This document shows positions 12,797-23,103 of a stretch of DNA of 33,441 nucleotides, in pieces. The notes below the pieces were generated by a model. It did not search any database and had not been told where the DNA came from. It worked only from the letters and a program-made list of their open reading frames with translations. Origin of the DNA: Octopus bimaculoides (Eukaryota); the NCBI RefSeq assembly GCF_001194135.2, contig NC_068993.1:9983543-10016983 (forward strand). The letters are read 5' to 3'. The translations under genes were made by a program, and so were the position numbers. The number at the start of each line of letters is the position of its first letter. Positions within the stretch are counted from its first letter, which is position 1.

Positions 12797-13195
12797 ATTT
12801 CCAGTACCGCTGCCGTTAGTCTCCTTTAGAGAGACTTAGAAATATTAATAACTCTATTTCTGAAAACCAGTGGATAGATTCCACTGAAATTAGATAAATA
12901 ACCTTCGAACAGATAGTCGGCAGCGCCGCCTGGCTGGAGCTTGGCTGCTCTGCATTGACAAGGGGCAACACCCTGAAACTAGTCTGCAGATGCCAAACCA
13001 GCAAGGGGAAACTGCTGACCTCCCCTGTTCGAAGGTTATAAAAGACACAGGTTTCGTGTGTCACATAGCTAGCTAGAGGCGATGGCTTCTTGGAGCTAAT
13101 TCACGGCAGCTTTCGTCCTAATTTTGGGACTGCCATGTTGGCTTGGCGATAACTATTAATTTCCAGTACCGCTGCCGTTAGTCTCCTTTAGAGAG
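12797..13195 (+). mobile_element. 362-nt structured repeat unit with 37-nt exact terminal redundancy; candidate non-LTR retrozyme or Penelope-type element
   Basis: ATTTCCAGTACCGCTGCCGTTAGTCTCCTTTAGAGAG at 12797-12833 and 13159-13195 (the second runs into a gap). Internal hammerhead fold and long inverted repeats. Confidence 0.7.
12949..12990 (+). ncRNA. Type I hammerhead ribozyme, U3-A8 core variant
   Basis: Stem I TCTGCA/TGCAGA (6 bp); core TTGACAA; stem II GGGG-CAACA-CCCT; GAAA; stem III AC-TA-GT with GTC cleavage triplet. Predicted cut between 12984 and 12985. Confidence 0.75.
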
Positions 13196-13679
13196 NNNNN
13201 NNNNNNNNNNNNNNNNNNNNNNNNNNNNNNNNNNNNNNNNNNNNNNNNNNNNNNNNNNNNNNNNATATATAGCCCCCAACTCACGGAATTAAACAAATAT
13301 ATACCCCCCACGGAAAAAAACGAGTAGATATTAGTTTTTTGTTCGTTTCTTTGTATCGTTTGACTACATTTATTTCTTTATAATGATAGAAGCGGTGCTC
13401 TATCAAATTGTCTACAATAGAAGATGACTCGGAGCCTAGTACAAACAAGAAAGTGTTAATGACAATTAACCAAAACGCATGTCGGATCAGAGGAAATATT
13501 AACAATGACAAATGGTAAAAAAATGAAAATAATAATATCAGTGATGACAATAATAATAATAATGAAAAGAAGGAAGCAGTTGAAATCTCCCCATCTAGAT
13601 GATACATCTAGTGATGGTGTCACGATAAAAACGCTGGTAATTGCGCAACCTGATAATCGCTACCGCAAATGAGTGACAA

Positions 13680-13999
13680 TGGAAAACCAAAATATTGTGA
13701 ATAACGATGGTAATGAAGCCCTTGATGGTAATGAAACTGAATCCTTGATGGTGAAACTGAAGCCTTGGTGGTGAAACTGAAGACTTGGTGGTGACAGTGT
13801 TGCACTGGGCAGGTTCAGAAATACTGCTCGATGAGAGATATAGATGGTCTGGAAGAAGACAATAAAACTAATGGTGACATGACAGATGGGCAAAGACAAA
13901 GAACGCAAGAAAGATGCTGAATGGTTGCAAGAACTGAAACAAACAGTAGTCTGTCCACAAGCAGAACTTAGTTATTTCAGTTAGGTTGGTGAAGGAAAT

Positions 14000-14041
<42 letters not shown>

Positions 14042-15206
14042 TAACTGGAAGGCCCTGGGACCAGATGGATTTCAAGGCTACTGGATCAAAAGATTTGGTG
14101 AATGTCATGCACGAATAGCTGCACAATTCAACACCTTGTTAAATGCCGACCAACTAACACCAGAGTGGCTGGCAATGGGTAGGACAGTGCTGTGCTTGGA
14201 AAACATCGAAAAAGGCAATACGATAGACAATTACAGGCCGATATCATGTTTGTCGCTTATGTGGAAATTATTGACTGGAATAGTCGCAGAGTCAATGTAC
14301 GGACATCTGGAAAAAAAGGAGTCGTCCTGCTACATGAACAGAAGGGGTGCAAGCGTAAGTGCAGAGGAACTAAGGATCAACTCCCGGTAGACAAAACTGT
14401 ACTTAGCGACTGCAAGAGGAGGAAAACTAACTTAGCCATGGCATGGGTTGATTATCGTAAGGCATACGATATGATCTCTCATTCTTGGATTATGGAATGC
14501 ATGAACTTATTTGGTATTGCATCGAATGTTGAGCGATTGCTCGGAAAAAGTATGGCGAAGTAGAGGATGGAACTAACAGCATATGGAAGAAGTTTAGGTA
14601 CGACCTCAAACTTTATGGTAAAGATGAATCTCAAGTCAGTTCCCTCGTTGATACGGTGTATACTTTCAGTGCTGATATCATAATAGAGTTCGGACTGAGA
14701 AAGTGTGATGTATTAGTCTTGAAAAGAGGCAAAATTAAATATAAGAACGGGTTAGCGATACCGTCGGGCAAGGTTATTAAGCAAATCGAAGAGACGGGCT
14801 ATACGTACTTGGAGATATTGGAAAGAGGTAAATTGATGGAGAAAGAAATGACAGAAAAATTTAAGGTGGAGTATTTGCGAAGATTGAGACTGATCCTTAA
14901 GTCGAAATTAAAGGGACAGAATAAGATTGAAGCTGTCAACACCTGGACAGTTTCACTCCTTAGTTACGGAGCAGGGGTAATCGCATGGACAGTAGACGAA
15001 CTAAGCAGCTTAGACAGAAAGACAAGGAAGTTTCTGACTAGATATGGGATACTCTACCCAAAAAGTGACACAGACAGACTGTATGTACCAAGAAAAGGAG
15101 GGGGAAGAGGACTGATTGGATGCGAACACAGAGTTAGAGCAGAAGAAAACAACATAGCATGAAATGTAAGAAATGCAACAGAACCGCTATTATTGGAAGT
15201 AAGAAC
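13680..15206 (+). mobile_element. Decayed R4/Dong-like (RLE-clade) non-LTR retrotransposon, RT region
   Basis: [116 protein letters not shown]. Frameshifts, stops and an internal deletion; RLE 3' end absent; 5' limit uncertain. Confidence 0.9.
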
Positions 15207-15299
15207 GCTCCCTTTATTTCTGCAATTTATCCCTCAAAACAATCTTGATTCAAATAAGCCTTTGATTAAAGGCGATCGATCTATCGGTGACACTTTTGC

Positions 15300-15457
15300 C
15301 TTTTGGGGGAGGGCATAAGTCGATTACATCAACCCCAGTGCTCAACTGGTACTTATTTTATCGATTCCGAAAAGATAAATAGCAAAGCCGACCTCGGCGG
15401 AATTTGAACTCAGAACGTAAAGGTGGACGAAATGTCACAAAGCATTTTCCCCGGCGT
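15300..15457 (-). mobile_element. SINE family A
   Basis: Reverse complement carries GAGTTCAAATTCCGCCGAGGTCGGCTTTGC...AAGTACCAGTTGAGCACTGGGGTTGATGTAATC. Confidence 0.85.
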
Positions 15458-16027
15458 TTATATATACATTTATAGGTTTCGTGCGTTAGCGCTTATCACA
15501 GTTATGTAAGCGCTAATACACGAAACTTTCGGACCTTGAGTCACTCTGTTGCTTCTGCTAAATATCAATAAATANNNNNNNNNNTTATTTATTTATTTAT
15601 TTATTTATTCTTCCTCTTCTTTCTTCCCTTCTTTTATTACTTATTTCTCCCCACATTTATATACCCCTCACATATTGTGCGTTCCACACATTCTGATTGA
15701 ATCCTCATTGCGTCAACATTTACCTCCTTGCGACAATGTAACCTGGAGAGCAGCTGGCGGTATACACCTCACTTAGATTTTACCACTTCTGAGGTTCCAC
15801 TCGCTATAGAACATATATAATCCGGATTTTGCATACGCCATTCCGTAACTCCTGTATTATTTTTCGTACACTCGGCAACGCTGGTCGCCTTCTGAGGAAA
15901 ATAAAAAGAGCATTTTTCAGCTCATCGTTTTTCGATAAGGAAAAAAAACCCCCACAACCTTCTGTCTCAATAAACTACAATTGTTCCTGGAAGTTGTCTT
16001 TTTATATTTGCTATCAAATAATTACTA

Positions 16028-16114
16028 GGGAAAGGCAAGGCCGGTGCAGCTTGGCACTAGTGATGCCGCAATTCATTTCTACAGCTGATTGAATTGGAGC
16101 AATGTGAAATAAAG
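16028..16114 (-). mobile_element. SINE family C fragment (central domain)
   Basis: Matches 22919-23002 (cagcttggcac...catttctacagctga..gaa.tggagcaatgtgaaataaagt). Confidence 0.8.
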
Positions 16115-16189
16115 TATGTGTATGCATGTATGTATGTATGTATGTATGTATGCATGCATGCATGTATGTATGTATGTATGTATGTATGA

Positions 16190-16231
16190 ATCGTTATAGA
16201 TTTGGTAGACGGAAACTGAAAGAAGCCCGTC

Positions 16232-16262
<31 letters not shown>
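16190..16262 (+). mobile_element. SINE family B fragment with its internal (TA)n
   Basis: gatttggtagacggaaactgaaagaagcccgtcg-(TA)n. Confidence 0.75.
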
Positions 16263-16265
<3 letters not shown>

Positions 16266-17173
16266 TTCGAACGACAACGCGATACGGGCTCAATTACAGT
16301 TGAAGTCAATTCGCTTGTTTTATGTCACTAAAGATTTAGGTCAAGTTGTGAATGTTATTATCATAATAGTCCATTAACCTTCTTTGCAAATAAAGGGATT
16401 TGTACCCAGACAAAAGGAATCTGACCTTTTTACACTTAATATTAACCAGTTGAATCAGGATATCATGGCAGGAAATAAATTCCTCTCTTTCTCTGTCTCT
16501 CCTTCTTTCTCTCTTTACTTTTCTTTTAATCTTCTTTCTCTCAGTTCAATTCCTTCCTCCCTATTTTTAATCTTTGTAATTTCTCTCCATCTTCTTCTCA
16601 TCCTCCCCTCTTTCGATGTCTTACCCTGTCATAATGTCGTCGTGTATTTAGAGAGAAATTCGATCGGAAAGCAAGAACGAAACGAGATCAACTAATTGGT
16701 TCGATCGATAGATGAGTACTTCAGAGAAAGGGGGGAAAAGACAGAGAGAGGGGCAGTGGGAGGGAGAGGGAGTGAGTGAGTGAGTGGGAAAGAAGGAAAG
16801 ATAGATAGATAGAGAAAGGATGAAAGAGGGAGAGACAATGGCAGAGAGATATCCGGTGACAGAGAAAAAGAGAGAATGTGCGCTTTTCCTCTCTTACTTA
16901 ATCATAGACACAGTGGAAAAGAGAGGGAGAGAGAGAGAGAGAGAGAGAGNNNNNNNNNNNNNNNNNNNNNNNNNNNNNNNNNNNNNNNNNNNNNNNNNNN
17001 NNNNNNNNNNNNNNNNNNNNNNNNNNGAGAGAGAGAGGGGAGAGAGAGAGAGAGAGAGAAAGACGGATAGACAGACTGACTCTGGACAAACAGAGAGACA
17101 GACAGACTGACACACAGAAACAAAGAGCGATAAAGAGAAAAAGAGAGGCGGAGACAAAGACAATATGTGTAAG

Positions 17174-17207
<34 letters not shown>

Positions 17208-17209
<2 letters not shown>

Positions 17210-18450
17210 TTCTTTATTAGCCACGCAGGGCCGAACACAGAGGGGACAATACAATGTAGAAGTTTTCTTTTTCGAAATCGATCAAAAGGGAACGAAAAAC
17301 CTTTTTTTTTATTCATTTTATTTTATTTTATTTATTTATTTATTTATTTTATTGGACGGATAAACAGGAAAATAACACAAAAGTCATTGTTAACAATTAG
17401 AGTTCCCAATATGGGGAGGAAATGTAACATTAACTAGGTTTATCCGTGGAAAGAAAAACCTCCGAAAAAGAACCACGGTGAGCTCGGAAACGTAAAAGAA
17501 AAACATTAACATGAGAGCAAGGCACACTTTCTCTCTTTGTTTTATAGGTTCATGCTCAAGGTGGTTCCGTCATTTATTTGTACCATTCTTGCCACATTCA
17601 CCCACCTTTTGTTGAACCTTTCATTAGACAAAACTTCCCTCTCCATTCTCACCTTCCTCTTCAAGTGATACTTGAAGAAGTTGATGAGGAGTTATCCAGA
17701 GAGGAAAGTGTTTGTCTCTAAACCTTTCGCACGAGTCCACCACACACACATTCTTTCACCATAGCCACCAGTACAACGAAGACTGCCTTGCCTTCCCGGT
17801 TAAAGGAAGGTGGCGGGGCAATATTCACGATAGATTCGGACGACAACCGAATTCGTCCCACACGTGACTTCAGCCGTTCGACATAAGCCCACAGGTCTGA
17901 AATGTCTGGACATTGCACGAGTGCGTGCGAAATGGTTTCGTCGCTCTGACTGCATCTCGAGCAAGTCCGTGTTTCTTGAACCTTGCCTGTAGAGCTGATC
18001 CCGAACGGGCAATGTTTCCCGATAGCATTGCCAGCCAGGGATCTCTGGAAATTGTCCGTAGGTCCTGGCAAGAAAGTGGTCCTGACGAAGCGGCCCAGGT
18101 ATTCCTCGTCGACCCCCAAGGTCTCCCCAAGAATGTCGTCGCACCTCCCCCCCCACTAATCCTTTGTAGAACGCCTTCGTGGAATTGAAGTCGCACAAGT
18201 TTGAACGCGGACGGCAGAGTTGCTCGAGAGCATGGCGACACTCGCGGTCTCTGTTTGATTCACGATCGCAGTTCGGTGAAAGAGACGAGCTGTGACAAAG
18301 CGCGTCTCACAAACGGCGGCCAGGAATACTGCCCTTACTTTCAAATCCAGACTCTTTCGAAAAAGCACCGCAGTACCACCACCGCCCATTCTCGGCAGAC
18401 ACAGGGGAAAATAAATATCGAATTGTCTGCTGAACATGAGTAGAATGCAA
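17208..18450 (-). mobile_element. L1/Tx1-clade LINE relic: endonuclease fragment fused to ORF2 C-terminus and 3' UTR
   Basis: APE-like FDIYFPLCLPRMGGGGTAVLFRKSLDLKVR; post-RT WPPFVRRALSQLVSFTEL; WQCYRETLPVRDQL; zinc knuckle TCSRCSQSDETISHALVQCP; 3' UTR ending AATAAAGAA next to (TATC)n. Confidence 0.85.
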
Positions 18451-18482
18451 ACTTGTTTGGGAGAGAGAGGGAGAGAGAGAGA

Positions 18483-18546
<64 letters not shown>

Positions 18547-19459
18547 NNNNNNNNNNNNNNNNNNNNNNNNNNNNNNNNNNNNNNNNNNNNNNNNNNNNNN
18601 NNNNNNNNNNNNNNNNNNNNNNNNNNNNNNNNNNNNNNNNNNNNNNNNNNNNNNNNNNNNNNNNNNNNNNNNNNNNNNNNNNNNNNNNNNNNNNNNNNNN
18701 NNNNNNNNNNNNNNNNNNNNNNNNNNNNNNNNNNNNNNNNNNNNNNNNNNNNNNNNNNNNNNNNNNNNNNNNNNNNNNNNNNNNNNNNNNNNNNNNNNNN
18801 NNNNNNNNNNNNNNNNNNNNNNNNNNNNNNNNNNNNNNNNNNNNNNNNNNNNNNNNNNNNNNNNNNNNNNNNNNNNNNNNNNNNNNNNNNNNNNNNNNNN
18901 NNNNNNNNNNNNNNNNNNNNNNNNNNNNNNNNNNNNNNNNNNNNNNNNNNNNNNNNNNNNNNNNNNNNNNNNNNNNNNNNNNNGACGAGAACGGTTTCTT
19001 TACAATGATGTAATGTTCTCATTAATCAATCAAAGAAGTCGTTGGAAATGGCCGTAATGTGAATCGATTTAACTAGATCCCACATACAAAACATACACAC
19101 ACACAACATACATACATACATGTACTCACATACACACACATACATACATGCACACATACATACACACACGTACATACTTATATTTTATGCATATATATAT
19201 ATATTGATGCGACCACCGAAAATACAAATTAATGTTATATCCCTATCTCCCGAGCTGGGTTTGAAACCGTATTCTGGTTGTTGAGCATAATGGCATTTCC
19301 TTTGTCTTGTCAACAACCACAGCTATTTTTAGCGTAGGAGTGATCGCTGACCCTTTCCGGTCAGCGAAAGTTCAAAAAAACAAGATAGAAATTGTACTGA
19401 ACTGACCCAGCTTTGGGAGGGGGTAAGGTAGCACTGTAAAGCTACGGTATTTGTGATAA

Positions 19460-19640
19460 ACAAAGAATTGGCGCGAACAGTTGGCCAGAGGAGTGGGCAT
19501 CAAGCAATTGGCGTACGGAGTTGGGATCAAGCAGTTGGCGAAGGCAGTTGGCCAGGGAGTTGGATGAAGTGAAGATGTCCAGTAGTTGGATGAAGAACGA
19601 GAGCCAGTGAAGATGAACAGTGATAAGTCTGACAGAGAGA
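19460..19640. repeat. Degenerate short tandem repeats (CAGTTGGC / GAGTTGG) in purine-rich sequence, possibly an LTR remnant
   Basis: AGTTGG occurs six times, with AATTGG and AGTGGG variants. No TG..CA ends or PBS found. Confidence 0.4.
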
Positions 19641-19978
19641 GGCCGAGAGAGAGGGCCTATGGTCAGCAGGTACGAGTCAGCAGAAATGCATAGAGTCTCA
19701 GAGAGAGAGGGACAGAGAGATGGAACTGTTGCGGCAGGCAAAAGAAAGTAGTAGGCTACTTTGGTCAGTTCTTGTGAGAACTTTGAAAGAAAGGAAATTA
19801 TTACGGTAAAGGTTTGTGTAAATATTCATCCAAGAAAAATGTACTTGTCGTTACATGTGTTAAAAGAACTGTTAACTGNNNNNNNNNNNNNNNNNNNNNN
19901 NNNNNNNNNNNNNNNNNNNNNNNNNNNNNNNNNNNNNNNNNNNNNNNNNNNNNNNNNNNNNNNNNNNNNNNNNNNNNN

Positions 19979-20026
19979 CATGTGGTTGGTAAGCAAGCTA
20001 TTTACCACACAGCCACTCCTGCGCCT
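19979..20026 (-). mobile_element. SINE family B tRNA-like head; remainder in the gap
   Basis: AGGCGCAGGAGTGGCTGTGTGGTAAATAGCTTGCTTACCAACCACATG on the minus strand. Confidence 0.8.
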
Positions 20027-20540
20027 GTCTAATAAATTTTTTATTGAACACAAATATAGCGCATTACTTAAAGAAACGAATAATAAACTAATGAAATAAA
20101 TCGCAGAAGTTTCAGGAAATTTATTAATTATTGTTTCACCAAAACAAGATTCAATAGATAAGAGTGTTACTTATGCCACACCCTGTATATTATATAATCT
20201 GTTTGAATTATAACTGCATTTATAATTTTCTTCCGTTTTTTTTTCTTTTTTTTTTTCTGAAGAGTCACGTAGATCCTCAAGGATCATGTGGATCCCAGTT
20301 ACTTTAATAAATGTAAAGAGTAATAAATTAAATGAAGCAATGCAAGAAAAATCACGTTTTACGATAAAACATATTATGGGAGAACTATGTAGAGTGGGGT
20401 GAAGTAATGTGACAGTAAATTGTAGTGAAATTAGTGAAGAATTTATTATTGACGATAGATAATGAGATGTGAAGAAATACAATAGGTCAGATAAAGTAAT
20501 GAAGGAAAAGTTAGCTGTGGGATAGATGTAGTGATATACG

Positions 20541-20607
<67 letters not shown>

Positions 20608-20608
20608 G

Positions 20609-20648
20609 CCCAGTGTCACTTTGATGGCATTCCCTGCTCTCTCACTCA
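20609..20648 (+). mobile_element. 40-bp 3' terminus of family D between two (AAT)n arrays
   Basis: CCCAGTGTCACTTTGATGGCATTCCCTGCTCTCTCACTC flanked by (AAT)n on both sides. Confidence 0.8.
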
Positions 20649-20848
20649 ATAATAATAATAATAATAATAATAGTAATAATAATAATAATAATAATAGTGG
20701 TGATGATGATGACGACGACGACGACGACNNNNNNNNNNAAGAAGAAGAAGAAGAAGAAGAAGAAGAAGAAGAAGAAGAAGAAGAAGAAGAAGAAGAAGAA
20801 GAAGAAGAAGAAGAAGAAGAAGAAGAAGAAGAAGAAGAAGAATTCTTT

Positions 20849-20905
20849 CTATTGGAAGCAAAGCACAAGGTTTCAAATTTGGGGGAAGGGATTAAGTTGA
20901 TTTCT
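20849..20905 (-). mobile_element. SINE family A 3' tail (type 1) followed by (TTC)n
   Basis: Minus strand AATCAACTTAATCCCTTCCCCCAAATTTGAAACCTTGTGC...AATAGAAAGAA resembles 153-204. Confidence 0.6.
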
Positions 20906-22000
20906 GGAAGTTACCCATCGTCCCCGGCTCGAAAGCCCTCCTGAAGAGACTGAGCAGTTCGACATCGTTAACGCCTAGCGTCTCTCCAGGTGGGTCATCG
21001 CTCTTTTTTCCTCCACCAACCCTCTAAAGAACTCATGAGTGGATGTTCCACTGTATCGCATTGTCTGACTGGTACAGGGCAGTGAGTGCTTGGCAACATT
21101 CCAGATGCCAGTCACCCTGCCTCGGTCTCTTCTTGACCCAGGACTGCAGCTCAGTCAAGGAGACGAGCTGGGGAAAGGTATGTTTGACAAACGAGGATCA
21201 CACCTGTTCATCGTTTAGGCAGAATATCTGGAGATGCTGCAGATTCAGTGCATGTCTGCGCATCATTAGCCACGGCATGTCCAGCCCTCCTCGTAGAGAA
21301 TGTTGGCAGCAGATGGACCGCCTCACCAATGAAACCTGTCCCCTCCACAAGAATTTGAAGAGGAGGCGCGAACGGGAGCAAGGCACGACATGCAAGCGGT
21401 AGATGACGGACGTGATGTACACATTCGCTACCTCTGCTCAACCTTTCAGTGACAGCTTCCTCGTCGCCCATTTCTGGGTGAGACTAGCCAGCCTACTCTT
21501 TATCTCGTTCCAATTCTTATCCACTTGGAGGTCTGGTCCGAACCAAACCCCGAGCAACTTTACCGGTCCGTCCGTCCAACGCCCAACAATGCTGTTAGAC
21601 AGCATGGACTTGCCTCTCAAGGTGCGGAGTTGCAAGCACGCCGACTTTTCCGGGTTAAGTTTTACTTCCGTCAACTTTTCATATTCCTCCAATGATGTAC
21701 GACCATCTCGATTTCTGAGGTATCCGACACCATTACGGTGGTGTCTGCATACCCCGACACAGCCCTTCTGCGTTCCGGTTCGAGCGGGATGCCCTGCAGC
21801 AGCTCCAGCTTCCGTAGTAAAGGCTCAATAGTCAATATATACAGAAGGTAAGAGAGAGAGGGCACCCATCACGGACCGATCGCGAGATCTGAAACGGATC
21901 TGAGAGGTGGCCATTAACTTTGACCACCGAGCAGATGCTGCTGTGCACTGCAGAGATCCATCTTCTGAAGACGGGGCCGAAGCCAGCTGCTTTGAGGACA
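20906..22000 (-). mobile_element. L1/Tx1-clade LINE relic, RT and post-RT region
   Basis: AAGFGPVFRRWI..VNGHLSDPFQISRSV.GCP.LSYLLYILTIEPLL..SGYADTTVMVSD (one catalytic D lost)..KLNPEKS..VKLLGVWFG..KLSLKG..FKFLWRG..RGGLDMPWL. Multiple frameshifts. Confidence 0.9.
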
Positions 22001-22039
22001 GCCTACACTTTCTATGATGTATCGCACAAATTGACCTTT

Positions 22040-22153
22040 CTATGATGTATATGTCGCGCACATATCGCTGTGATGCATGTGACTGGTGTACTCTTCGTAT
22101 ATTTGTACCCCAGTGTCACTTTGATGGCATGCACGACTTCTCACTCGATAATA

Positions 22154-22224
<71 letters not shown>

Positions 22225-22227
22225 CAT
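22040..22227 (+). mobile_element. Family D 3' end with (AAT)n tail, internally deleted
   Basis: gctgtgatgcatgtg...cttcgtatatttgtaccccagtgtcactttgatggcatgc...tctcactc-(AAT)n aligns to 3560-3737. Confidence 0.8.
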
Positions 22228-22779
22228 TAGGGTGTGTATGTAGTTAAGGTGGAGACAAAATAAACGATACTGAACAGAGTTGATGCTATTAAAAAAATTA
22301 TGAACAAAACAGAGTGTATTATTAAAATATTGGTTTACTATTAGAAGGAGCTGTGTGTTATTATCTGCTGCAAGAAGATAATAACACACAAGTTACTTAG
22401 TCTATGTTACATTGTTCCTAAAGCAGATATATATATATGTGAATCTCTGAAGAGGCCTAGCGGTTCGGGCATGTAACCCCATTTCAACATGTCATCCGAT
22501 AATCACTCCGGCAAGAAATATTCGGATAGAATGGGTCATGCTAAAGCTGTAAGATTAAACTTCTGTTCATTCTCTAATTTCTTATGTACTTTGTACTTCT
22601 TTATGTAAACCAGGTTGGCAAAATAACATGGTTTGTCATAAACACCTGTACTTTAGGTTTTTTCTTTTTTTGTTACTTTAGCTATGAATTAAATTAAGGA
22701 ATTCAACGAGATACACTGTCTGCAAGTAGTTGGGTTCAGCATATTATCCTCCATTTTCTAATTGATATATATATATAAA

Positions 22780-23103
22780 CGCCTTGCTCACGAATGACCA
22801 TGGGATTGCACCTAGAAAGTTCCCCTGGAAAGTCCGAGCAAGGTTGTTTGTGGAAGAGCAGCAGTTACTGATGCATACCAGTCTCCCCTCTCCACGCCAC
22901 CGACGTTGTCCAAGGTAAGGCAAAGGGGGCGATACAGCTTGGCACCAGTGACATTGCAGCTCATTTCTACAGCTGAATGAACTGGAGCAATGTGAAATAA
23001 AGTGTCTTGCTTGAGAACACAACATAGAAACCGATCCGGGAATGGAATTCATAACTTCACGATTTTAAGTCCGACGTTTAACCACTGAGCCTTGCGCCTT
23101 CAC
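22780..23103 (-). mobile_element. Near full-length SINE family C (tRNA head plus CORE-like domain)
   Basis: Minus strand GTGAAGGCGCAAGGCTCAGTGGTTAA (A-box region), then GCAAGACACTTTATTTCACATTGCTCCAGTTCATTCAGCTGTAGAAATGAG, resembling the CORE domain. Confidence 0.8.

Noticed and set aside
13040-13140. Minus-strand GTCC..GGACGAAA and CACACGAAAC hairpins in the 362-nt unit, suggesting an antisense hammerhead
   Set aside because: No CUGANGA or U3-A8 equivalent precedes either stem.
22447-22480. Second hammerhead-like string CTGAAGA-GGCC-TAGC-GGTT
   Set aside because: GAAA is replaced by CGGG and no stem I pairing is found; at most a dead relic.
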